DNA from: an uncultured virus (IMG/VR IMGVR_UViG_3300037067_011375)
Taxonomy: Duplodnaviria; Heunggongvirae; Uroviricota; Caudoviricetes
Length of the DNA stretch: 64,000 nt
Virus record (IMG/VR): IMGVR_UViG_3300037067_011375
Location: 62,001 to 126,000 of that record
Strand: one strand, 5' to 3'
Below the pieces are notes generated by a model, which worked only from the letters and a program-made list of their open reading frames with translations, made no database searches and was not told where the DNA came from. This document shows positions 56,453-64,000 of this stretch, one piece after another. Numbering within the stretch: position 1 is the stretch's first letter; each line of letters begins with the position of its first letter. A program made the position numbers and the translations under genes.

Positions 56453-56540
56453 GCGGCCAGGCCCACCATCAAAGTTTCCTTCGGGAGCAGGTGGGCTACG
56501 TCGTCACCCCAAAACCCGCCTTGTGGCGGGTTTTGTGTTT
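56453..56540 (+). ncRNA. Candidate small structured RNA (~85 nt)
   Basis: Lies between a promoter and a terminator with no convincing ORF; stem GGCCCACC/GGTGGGCT capped by a C-UUCG-G tetraloop hairpin. Confidence 0.45.
56510..56540 (+). terminator. Intrinsic (possibly bidirectional) terminator
   Basis: CAAAACCCGCC-TTGT-GGCGGGTTTTG followed by TGTTT. Confidence 0.8.
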
Positions 56541-56584
56541 CTGGCTTTAATATCAGCCAACAAAGCGAAGCCGAAAATAAAATG

Positions 56585-56613
56585 TTGACAAGCGCAAACA
56601 CCTGAGCCATAAT
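56585..56613 (+). promoter_or_regulatory. sigma70 promoter of the DNA-metabolism block
   Basis: TTGACA-17-CATAAT with an A-rich UP element. Confidence 0.7.
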
Positions 56614-56890
56614 ATCCATATGACAACCCAACGATTACTTTTCGTCGATAAGTGGGTTTCTTTTCCCGGTGGCTGTGTGGTGATGCCCTGGCCGAGAAGC
56701 CTTCAACTGTATGGACTTTACTGGCCTACACCGATCTCAGTCATCCGCCTACGCTACCGTGCCGATTAACCAGGGCCGACGGTGCGATGTATGAAGAAGA
56801 AGCGTACGACTGGTGTTGGACAGACGGCAAGTTCCGCTACTTCAGTCATGCTGGCAACGGGCCCGTGTGGCTCCTGCTCGAGTACAAGTG

Positions 56891-57646
56891 ATGGCCAGGT
56901 TGATCTGCATCGGTGACGTCCACGGTCACCTGGACGAACTCAACGCACTCCTGCTTCAGGTGCAGGTACGGCCAGGAGATCGTCTGGTGTTCTTGGGCGA
57001 CCTGGTGGACCGTGGCCCCGACTCCCCCGGGGTGGTTCGACGAGTCCGGGGACTCCTCCACACTTTTCCTGGTTCCACAGCCCTGTTGGGCAACCACGAG
57101 AGTCAACTGGTGCAACTGGCCAAGCGGTCTAATTGCGACCAGTGGATCCACGACCTCACCGATGAGGAGTTCCATTGGCTCACGGGGCTCCCGGTGTTCA
57201 CACGGGACCCTGAGCGCAGCATCCTGATGGTCCACGGGGGTCTCTACCCCAGGTACTTCGCACACTACCCCGCGGGTGTCCCGGTCGATTGGGAAGCAGT
57301 CGCGGCACTGCCCCGCAAACAGCGCGAACGGATCCACCGATTTTGTCGCGTCCGCTACTGCGACCCCGATGGCGATGTCGTAGCCCTTGGAGAAGAAACC
57401 ACCGAGGACCACTTCTGGGCCGACCTGTACGACGGCCGCGAGGGTTTCGTGGTGTTCGGCCACGAGCCCTACCGGGATGCTCCTCGCCGATTTCCCCATG
57501 CCCTCGGGATCGACGGGGTGTTCGAGATTTTGGCGGCCGTGTGGGACCAGGGCCCCGATCCGGTCATCTTCCGGCAGCCGACCATCACGGCCACGACCGC
57601 AGCAGTAGTCCGGATGCTCGCCAACCTGGGGGTCAAGATCAAATGA
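56891..57646 (+). CDS. Ser/Thr phosphatase / ApaH-PrpE-like metallophosphoesterase
   Basis: GDVHG, GDLVDRG, GNHE, VHGG and FGH motifs. Confidence 0.9.
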   Translation: MARLICIGDVHGHLDELNALLLQVQVRPGDRLVFLGDLVDRGPDSPGVVRRVRGLLHTFPGSTALLGNHESQLVQLAKRSNCDQWIHDLTDEEFHWLTGLPVFTRDPERSILMVHGGLYPRYFAHYPAGVPVDWEAVAALPRKQRERIHRFCRVRYCDPDGDVVALGEETTEDHFWADLYDGREGFVVFGHEPYRDAPRRFPHALGIDGVFEILAAVWDQGPDPVIFRQPTITATTAAVVRMLANLGVKIK

Positions 57647-57825
57647 GCCAAGAAATCACCCCGGCCCGCCCGATCGACGCGTATTGCGCGGGGATCCCGG
57701 CGCTCGGCACCACCCTAACCCTGGCTTACCTGGGGTACGGGCTGCCCCAGTTACTCCTCGGGGTCGTGTTGTCCAGCCTCGCGGGCCTTGGGGTCTCGGA
57801 ATTTCTACTGCACTGGCGAGACTGA
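57643..57825 (+). CDS. Small membrane protein
   Basis: ATGA overlap; two hydrophobic helices. Confidence 0.5.
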   Translation: MSQEITPARPIDAYCAGIPALGTTLTLAYLGYGLPQLLLGVVLSSLAGLGVSEFLLHWRD

Positions 57826-57859
57826 CCCACGGCAGCCCGCACCTCGGTAAAACCGAGGT

Positions 57860-60838
57860 ATGCCAACTTCCCGTCTAACTCCCGGTCGTCCCGCCATCTG
57901 CCAAGCCTGCCCGCTCCAAGAATCAGCGGGGCTCACTCGTCACTGCTGTTCCGTCCAGCAGGGTCGTGACACCTCCCTGATGATCATCGGGGACCACCCG
58001 GTTGACCTACAGCCCCATGGGGCTGAGCCCTTCACTGACCCAGCGGGTCAGATGCTCCAGCGGGTCATGGGGCAGGTGACCCAAGGGAACAGTGGCGTCG
58101 CCTACGGGTACTGTGTGCGGTGCCGCCCGATGGACCGGGGCAAGCCTGACAAAACCCGCCCGGCCACCGCCACGGAGGCCAACCACTGCCGGGTCAACGT
58201 CGCGAAAGACCTGGCCCTGCTGAAGCCCAAACAAGTGGTGTTGCTGGGCCTCGGGGCTGCAAAACTCCTGGCTCAACTGCCCGATGGTTCGGCCGTGTCG
58301 GCCAAGGTTCAGTTGGGCGACCTGCGGGGCCGCGACCTCCACTGCACCGCCCACGACGGCACCAAGATCCCCGTGATCGTCACGTACGACCCGGAGTTCA
58401 TCCAGCGGAACCCCACGGTCGCGGCGACGTGGCGCGACGATTTCCTGCGGGCCTGGCTTCGGGGGTCCGGTCGGCTCCCAGACGATTCCCGTGACGGCAA
58501 AGTCTACACCCTCGACACCATTGAGAAGGTTAGGAAGTTTGCCCGGCGGGTCGCGAAACTAAAGCGTGGCGATATTTTGGTCCTGGACTACGAGACCGAG
58601 GGACTCGGCCGCGTGGAAAACAAGATCCTGACCGCTGGTTTTGCATTTGACCCGGACCACGCCTATGTGATCCCGATGCAGCACCAGGAAGCCCCGTGGT
58701 CAGGGCCCGAATACCGAGAAATCGTGGGCTTGATCAAGCAGATCCTGACCAAGCCGGCTCCCTACTGGATCGGGGGCCACAACCTCAAGTTCGAGTTGCA
58801 GGTAACCCGTGGGCAACTGGGTTTTGAGATCGACCTACCCTGCTGCGACACCATGTTGAGGGCCCATGCACTCAATCCCGACTACGGTCGGGTGGATAAA
58901 AAGTCTCAGGGCCACGACGACGATGCTGTTGACCAGATTGTAGACACCACCGGGGACATTCAGGTCGGGGGTTTCGGGCTCAAGAGCCAGTCCAAGGAAT
59001 GCCTGAACTTTCACCACTATGAAGACGAAGATGTGGCCGCTACGGTCGGGCGCCGCAACGAAGCGAAGTTGGCGTTACTGCCGCTCGACAAGGTTATCCG
59101 GTACAACGGGATTGATGGCTTCGTGACCTTCCGGCTGAACCACTACCAAGACGTCATGGCCGAGGCCATGGGGTACCGAAAAAAGTTGACTCGGTTGTGC
59201 CGTGGCATGCACACCAAGGTCTTGGCCGTCCTGGTAGAAATGGAAACCAACGGGATCCGGGTGGACAAAGAATACCTCCGGATGTTGCTCCACGACGATT
59301 CCATCGTGCAGACCCGAATGCAGGAGATTTCCCAGGAGTTTTGTGCCCTGCCCTCGGTCCAGGAGGCCAATCGACGCCTCCTGGCCGACAGGTATGGTGG
59401 CCAGGCTGGCCTGTGGGGCCAAGGGGCTGGTGAATCCTGGGTGTTCTCGATGCGGCAAGCTCTGTCCAAGAAAATTTTGCTGATTGACGTCCTGGAGTTG
59501 GAGCCCCTAAAGCACACGGCCGCCGGGGCGGTGTCAATCGACAAAAAATTCCTGGAGAACTACGCCGGGGTCCCGGAAGTAGACCTTCTGGCCGAGTGGA
59601 CCGCACTCGCAACGATCAAGTCCAGGTATCTCGTCGGGACCAACAAGGTCATGCTGGCAGACCCGGACATGCGGGATGGGCGAGCCAGGGCGCAGTTCCG
59701 GCCAGCCGGCACCATCACGGGGCGGATTTCGGCCGCCGGGATCAACGTCCTGAACGTGCCGAAAAAGGCCGAGGACGGGTCTAAGAAGGCGTCGGCCTCA
59801 CTGATCAAGCGGATGTACATCTGCGATCCTGGTCATGTGATGGTCTGCGGTGACTACTCGCAAGCTGAGGTCCGGTGGCTCGCGGCCCTGACGCAAGACC
59901 CCGATATGCTCAAGGCGTTCGGGGCTGCGTGGGATATGCGGGCCTTGTGTCTCAAGGACCCATCCCCTGAAAATCTCAAGCGGCTGGACGCCGAGGGTGA
60001 CTTCCACAAGCAAACCGCCTCGATGGTGTTCGACGTCCCGATCTCCAAGGTTACGAAGGAGCAGCGAGGCCAGTCGAAAGGCGTGGTCTTTGGCCAAATT
60101 TATGGTCAAGGATTACCGGCACTTGCAGCGATCCTGAAGAAAACCAAGGCCCAGACCGAGGAGTTCATCACGAGGTTCTTCGCGCGCTTCCCCGTGGCCA
60201 AAGACGCCTTGGCCCAGATGGCCCAGGACGGGTTTGAAAATGGGTTTGCCGAGTCCCCGACGGGCCGGCGCAAACAATTCGTCACCAAGATGATCGCGGG
60301 GGACGCCCAGGCTCTACAGTATTGTTCTGGTAAACTACGGTCGCTCCGGGGCCGTGAGGAGCGGGTGGCCCGCAACATGCCGATCCAGGGGATTTCCTCC
60401 GACATGAACCTGACGGCCTGCTACCGGATCATCCAGTATTACCGACGACACAATCTTCCGTGGCGCCTGATCAACTCGGTCTACGACTCCATCATGCTGG
60501 AAGTACCGCGTCAAGATGCCGAGCACTGCGTCGAGGTGGTGCAGTCCATTATGGAACGGGAAGATTTGCTCGCGGGATTTGGGATTGACCCAGGACTCAG
60601 GTTCCTGGCGGAAATGTCCGTCGGGACCCACTGGGGCAACCAGGTGGACATCACGGCAGGCGAGCAGCAGTGGAAGGTGGGGTGCAGGTCCTGCAAAAAG
60701 TCCCGCGAGGAGAAAAAGAAGCCGACCAACCATCGGTGCGAATCATGTGGGTCCACCGACGTATACCTCGAGTTGATCAAGGGGCCACATGATTTGGCGT
60801 TTAAGTGGCTGGATCGCCAACTCAGGGGCAAGGCGTGA
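57860..60838 (+). CDS. Family A DNA polymerase with N-terminal UDG-like domain, 3'-5' exonuclease and C-terminal zinc ribbon
   Basis: Exo 'LDYETEG' and 'GHNLKFE'; motif A 'DYSQAEVR', motif B 'R..SKGVVFG.IYG', motif C 'VYDS'; N-terminal Cys pattern of family-4 UDG. Confidence 0.92.
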   Translation: MPTSRLTPGRPAICQACPLQESAGLTRHCCSVQQGRDTSLMIIGDHPVDLQPHGAEPFTDPAGQMLQRVMGQVTQGNSGVAYGYCVRCRPMDRGKPDKTRPATATEANHCRVNVAKDLALLKPKQVVLLGLGAAKLLAQLPDGSAVSAKVQLGDLRGRDLHCTAHDGTKIPVIVTYDPEFIQRNPTVAATWRDDFLRAWLRGSGRLPDDSRDGKVYTLDTIEKVRKFARRVAKLKRGDILVLDYETEGLGRVENKILTAGFAFDPDHAYVIPMQHQEAPWSGPEYREIVGLIKQILTKPAPYWIGGHNLKFELQVTRGQLGFEIDLPCCDTMLRAHALNPDYGRVDKKSQGHDDDAVDQIVDTTGDIQVGGFGLKSQSKECLNFHHYEDEDVAATVGRRNEAKLALLPLDKVIRYNGIDGFVTFRLNHYQDVMAEAMGYRKKLTRLCRGMHTKVLAVLVEMETNGIRVDKEYLRMLLHDDSIVQTRMQEISQEFCALPSVQEANRRLLADRYGGQAGLWGQGAGESWVFSMRQALSKKILLIDVLELEPLKHTAAGAVSIDKKFLENYAGVPEVDLLAEWTALATIKSRYLVGTNKVMLADPDMRDGRARAQFRPAGTITGRISAAGINVLNVPKKAEDGSKKASASLIKRMYICDPGHVMVCGDYSQAEVRWLAALTQDPDMLKAFGAAWDMRALCLKDPSPENLKRLDAEGDFHKQTASMVFDVPISKVTKEQRGQSKGVVFGQIYGQGLPALAAILKKTKAQTEEFITRFFARFPVAKDALAQMAQDGFENGFAESPTGRRKQFVTKMIAGDAQALQYCSGKLRSLRGREERVARNMPIQGISSDMNLTACYRIIQYYRRHNLPWRLINSVYDSIMLEVPRQDAEHCVEVVQSIMEREDLLAGFGIDPGLRFLAEMSVGTHWGNQVDITAGEQQWKVGCRSCKKSREEKKKPTNHRCESCGSTDVYLELIKGPHDLAFKWLDRQLRGKA

Positions 60839-61056
60839 TCGAGTTACCGGTCAAGGTAGTGGACTGTGCTGTCTGCCATGCCGTGGATCAACTTATCTTG
60901 ACCTTCGAGGCCACTGGGTTCGGAGCACTTTATCGTGTGGTGTGCCCAGGATGTGGCTACTCGGCCCCGCCGAACAAAACCGAAGAAAAAGCCGTGGCCC
61001 GGTGGAACTCGTGCCAGTCCAGCCGCGGTAGGGTAAAACGAAATAAAGAAAAATGA
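60835..61056 (+). CDS. Lar-like (restriction alleviation) zinc-ribbon protein
   Basis: CAVC...VVCPGCG...EEKAVARWN. Confidence 0.7.
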   Translation: MIELPVKVVDCAVCHAVDQLILTFEATGFGALYRVVCPGCGYSAPPNKTEEKAVARWNSCQSSRGRVKRNKEK

Positions 61057-61511
61057 CATGGTTCATCACACCGCAGTTAATGCAGCAGTACCGTCTGGCT
61101 TGCGAGAAATCGCCTTGTTTGCCGGAGCAGGTGGAGGAATCCTCGGCGGACATCTCCTCGGGTGGAAAACAGTCTGCGCCGTCGAAATCACGCCGTACGC
61201 CCGGGAAGTCTTGTTCGCCCGACAGGCCGACGGAACTCTTGAACCCTTCCCCGTCTGGGACGACATCCGTACTTTTGACGGACGCGCTTGGCGAGGCTAT
61301 TGTGACGTGGTTTCGGGAGGATTTCCTTGCCAGGATGTCAGCTCGGCCGGAAAAGGTGCCGGTATTGACGGCGAAAGATCAGGACTCTGGGGCGAGATGG
61401 CGCGGGTCATCGGTGAGGTGCAACCCCGATGGGTCTGGGTGGAAAATAGCCCATTGCTGGTTTCCAGAGGACTTGTCAGAGTCGTCCGTGACCTTACCAC
61501 GCTGGGTATAG
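61053..61511 (+). CDS. Overprinted N-terminal part of the methyltransferase beta subunit
   Basis: ATG overlaps the upstream stop; with one extra G it reads ...TLPRWGIVVRGDVWE... through to 62290. Confidence 0.55.
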   Translation: MTWFITPQLMQQYRLACEKSPCLPEQVEESSADISSGGKQSAPSKSRRTPGKSCSPDRPTELLNPSPSGTTSVLLTDALGEAIVTWFREDFLARMSARPEKVPVLTAKDQDSGARWRGSSVRCNPDGSGWKIAHCWFPEDLSESSVTLPRWV

Positions 61512-62290
61512 TTGTGCGTGGGGACGTGTGGGAGCCTGGCAAGTCAGTGCCCCGCATCGTCGAGATCGATTCTGGCTCATCGGAAATCGTGAGTGCCCAG
61601 AGTAATGTCAGGGTTCCTTGGCCAACCCCCATGGTCACGGATGCTAAAAACAAAGGTGGAAAAGGGCAACTACGCCGTAAGTATCCACCGCTCAATGCCG
61701 TCGTCGGGATTGAGCGGTCCAGCAAGGCTACCGAGGCGTTGGCCTGGCCAACGCCTCAGTCCCGAGACTACAAAGGGGCACCAGGAAAGGGCTGTGTTGA
61801 GCGTGGCGGACACCAGTCAAGTTTACCAATGAAGATTGGGCAAGTCACCGAGGCGTTGGCCTGGCCAACGCCTCGGTCCTGTACCGCCACGGCCGCCACC
61901 ATCACGGAGCAGGCACAACAATGTGCTGCTGACCGTTTCCCTAATCTGGAAACCGTGATGGTCCAGCGGGAACATGGGGCAGTCGGGGGTGCCTTGAATC
62001 CAGCATGGGTGGAGTGGCTCATGAACTGGCCCGTGGGTTGGACCAACCTGAAACCTATCCGGGGATTTAACCGCTGGCGTCGCAAAACCATGGAATCCTC
62101 CTGGTGGGCCCGAGATCCAGCCGACGAACCCGATACCAAGGTGCCGCGCATATCCGTGGGGAAACTGCACCGAGTTGACCGACTCAAGGCCATCGGGAAC
62201 GGTCAAGTGCCCCTCTGCTGTGCCTTGGCATTCCTGACGCTCCAGCGGGAGTTACTGACATTTTTGAAAAATCACCCTTCCGGTCGGTAA
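61058..62290 (+). CDS. C5 DNA cytosine methyltransferase; as sequenced, an alpha/beta chimera created by a 1-nt frameshift at ~61505
   Basis: Motif I 'LFAGAGG', IV 'GGFPCQD', VI 'VEN' and X 'LKAIGNG'; motif VIII 'APHRRDRFW' lies in the -1 frame after 61506. Confidence 0.85.
   Translation: MVHHTAVNAAVPSGLREIALFAGAGGGILGGHLLGWKTVCAVEITPYAREVLFARQADGTLEPFPVWDDIRTFDGRAWRGYCDVVSGGFPCQDVSSAGKGAGIDGERSGLWGEMARVIGEVQPRWVWVENSPLLVSRGLVRVVRDLTTLGIVVRGDVWEPGKSVPRIVEIDSGSSEIVSAQSNVRVPWPTPMVTDAKNKGGKGQLRRKYPPLNAVVGIERSSKATEALAWPTPQSRDYKGAPGKGCVERGGHQSSLPMKIGQVTEALAWPTPRSCTATAATITEQAQQCAADRFPNLETVMVQREHGAVGGALNPAWVEWLMNWPVGWTNLKPIRGFNRWRRKTMESSWWARDPADEPDTKVPRISVGKLHRVDRLKAIGNGQVPLCCALAFLTLQRELLTFLKNHPSGR
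61730..61875 (+). repeat. 28-bp direct repeat encoding 'TEALAWPTP'
   Basis: ACCGAGGCGTTGGCCTGGCCAACGCCTC at 61730 and 61848. Confidence 0.85.
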
Positions 62291-62320
62291 AATACCCCCA
62301 ACTTCCCTCAAAGGACTTCC

Positions 62321-63889
62321 ATGCCTGACCAAAAATGTACCCCTTTTGATGAACAATGGCTTCGGCTCCAACCCTGGCAGGTTTCATTCCTGCTGGCTCC
62401 CTGTCGGTGTAAAGCCCCGGTCAAGATGGTGTGGACCTTGCCCGGAGATTTCCCGGCCATTATCTGCACCACCTGTAACTACGGGATTGTCGGCGACACC
62501 GTCGAACAGGTGGTGCTGCGGCACAACCATGAGCGTGCCGTTGTCTCCGACGTCAAGTCCTCGCATTTCCCCACTGCTGACCTACAACTCCATTACGCCG
62601 TGGACCTCTTGGTCGCGCTGTTGCCCTGTCGAGAAGTCCAGGACGGCATCGATGCCCTGGTCCACCAGGGAAAACTCCCGGCCGACAAACCCTACTGTGT
62701 CCATCGGGCTGGCCCGGCCCATTGTGCTGGGTTGGAAAAAGACTTCGCTGAGTTGAGCGGCACCCTGGCCAACCTGGTCTTGAAGGATGCCAAAGCCGGT
62801 AGCATTCTGAAATCCGGCCAGACCGTGGAGCAGGCCAAAGCACTGGACGACGCAAGTCATAAATACTGGTCTGAGATCAACGAACGGGCCAAAAAGAACG
62901 TTCAAGAGCATCCCGACACCGTAGACTTGGATAATGCGCGGGGGAAAAAAGCCGCCCAAGCCAAACTGGCCAAGATGTCCCGTGAACAGATCTTGGTCGG
63001 GATGTCGCTCAAGGATTTTTATTCCACTGAATGTGGTGCAATCCCGAAAGTCAGCGAGGCCGAATGGAGAGTCCTCATCCAGGACCGTTTGAAGCAACTG
63101 GACGAGCTGGACCGCCGCGTTGCCGAGAAAAAGGCCAAGATGGCCACACCGTCGGGCCTCAAGACCGCCACGGTGAAAAAGCCGACCAAGACGACGGTCA
63201 AGAAGGGCGTGGTGCCGGCACCACCGGCCCGTAAATCCATCCAGGCCAGGGTGCCGTGCATCGCCGACGAGAACGAGAAAATCCAGGCCATGCACCTGCC
63301 GCCCAAGGGGTCGATAATCTTGGTGCTCGGTAGCGACGAGGCAGTTGCCGCCCAGCAGGCTGCCCAGAAGACCAAGGTTCTTGCCGAGCAAGACAAGGCC
63401 AAGGAGCAGGACGACCATGATCCCAAGGCTACCGAGGCACTCCAGACCAAGCTCCGGTCAATCGCGAAGGTTGCACTGCAGCGAAGCGGTAACATCCTGG
63501 TCAAGTCCCAGACCCAAGTGATCCGGGTGCTGTATCGTGAACAGGGTAACCTGTACGAAATCTCAAGCATCCTGGGGAATCCCCACGGATTCGTGGTGCA
63601 GCGGGTCGTGTATGTGGCGGGGGTTTCAAATGTCCCCACTAAACTGCCCGGCCAAGACATGGAAGCGGTCCTGGGGATCGCGACCCCCGGGCCCAACAAC
63701 GAGATGAACAACACCGTCTGGTATGACCGGATTGACCTACGGCCCCGCGACGGTACCGTCGCGGCAGGACCGTCGCTGCATCTTTGCTGTCACAATGTTG
63801 AAGCCCAGGTTTCCGCTGGCCCCACGTTAGCCTCTATCGTTGACACCACCAAGCCGGCTGAGCCGGAGAAAGACCAGTCCAATGCGTAG
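62321..63889 (+). CDS. Hypothetical protein (N-terminal Cys cluster, Lys/Ala-rich middle)
   Basis: AAGGA RBS; 522-aa ORF. Confidence 0.65.
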   Translation: MPDQKCTPFDEQWLRLQPWQVSFLLAPCRCKAPVKMVWTLPGDFPAIICTTCNYGIVGDTVEQVVLRHNHERAVVSDVKSSHFPTADLQLHYAVDLLVALLPCREVQDGIDALVHQGKLPADKPYCVHRAGPAHCAGLEKDFAELSGTLANLVLKDAKAGSILKSGQTVEQAKALDDASHKYWSEINERAKKNVQEHPDTVDLDNARGKKAAQAKLAKMSREQILVGMSLKDFYSTECGAIPKVSEAEWRVLIQDRLKQLDELDRRVAEKKAKMATPSGLKTATVKKPTKTTVKKGVVPAPPARKSIQARVPCIADENEKIQAMHLPPKGSIILVLGSDEAVAAQQAAQKTKVLAEQDKAKEQDDHDPKATEALQTKLRSIAKVALQRSGNILVKSQTQVIRVLYREQGNLYEISSILGNPHGFVVQRVVYVAGVSNVPTKLPGQDMEAVLGIATPGPNNEMNNTVWYDRIDLRPRDGTVAAGPSLHLCCHNVEAQVSAGPTLASIVDTTKPAEPEKDQSNA

Positions 63890-64000
63890 TTTCATTATCG
63901 TCAGTGCTCTGTTGCTCGCGAGTTGCATGGATCCCTATACGACGGCCCGCCAGACCATCCTGGTGGCCAAGAATGTCGTGACCGTCGCGGACGCGGGATT
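63882..64000 (+). CDS. Putative lipoprotein, 3'-truncated by the window edge
   Basis: MRSFIIVSALLLASC lipobox. Confidence 0.55.
   Translation, partial: MRSFIIVSALLLASCMDPYTTARQTILVAKNVVTVADAG

Noticed and set aside
56453..56540. tRNA or SRP RNA
   Set aside because: No cloverleaf, T-loop or SRP consensus loop; kept only as an unclassified sRNA candidate.
1..64000. Stop-codon reassignment
   Set aside because: Long genes are intact under the standard code, and TAA, TAG and TGA all end tightly packed genes.

Overview
A 64-kb segment of a large, GC-rich, contractile-tailed (myovirus-like) phage genome. Almost all genes are on the + strand and use the standard code. Virion blocks (LamG adhesins, a SASA/SGNH esterase, a 1153-aa tail sheath, tail tube, frameshifting tail chaperone, tape measure, distal structural genes and a holin/spanin-like cluster) alternate with blocks of small early genes behind sigma70-type promoters. 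A DNA-metabolism block holds a UDG-domain family A polymerase, a Lar-like protein and a C5 methyltransferase. Selfish elements are a GIY-YIG nuclease, a triple NUMOD4-HNH nuclease, an HNH nuclease and three different TnpB elements. The most notable observations: (1) a complete IS200/IS605 element (32092-34825) whose ends fit the IS608 guide rules, which carries two lipoprotein passenger genes, each headed by the same ~41-bp repeat, and splits a phage gene in frame; (2) an 18-bp motif (YACGTTAATCTWTAGTAG) upstream of five operons, plus a divergent sigma-like gene that could read it; (3) an overprinted alpha/beta C5-methyltransferase whose two frames are swapped by one missing base; (4) a C CCT TTT -1 frameshift in the tail chaperone; (5) a candidate stand-alone small RNA. 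All calls come from reading motifs by eye; no searches were run.
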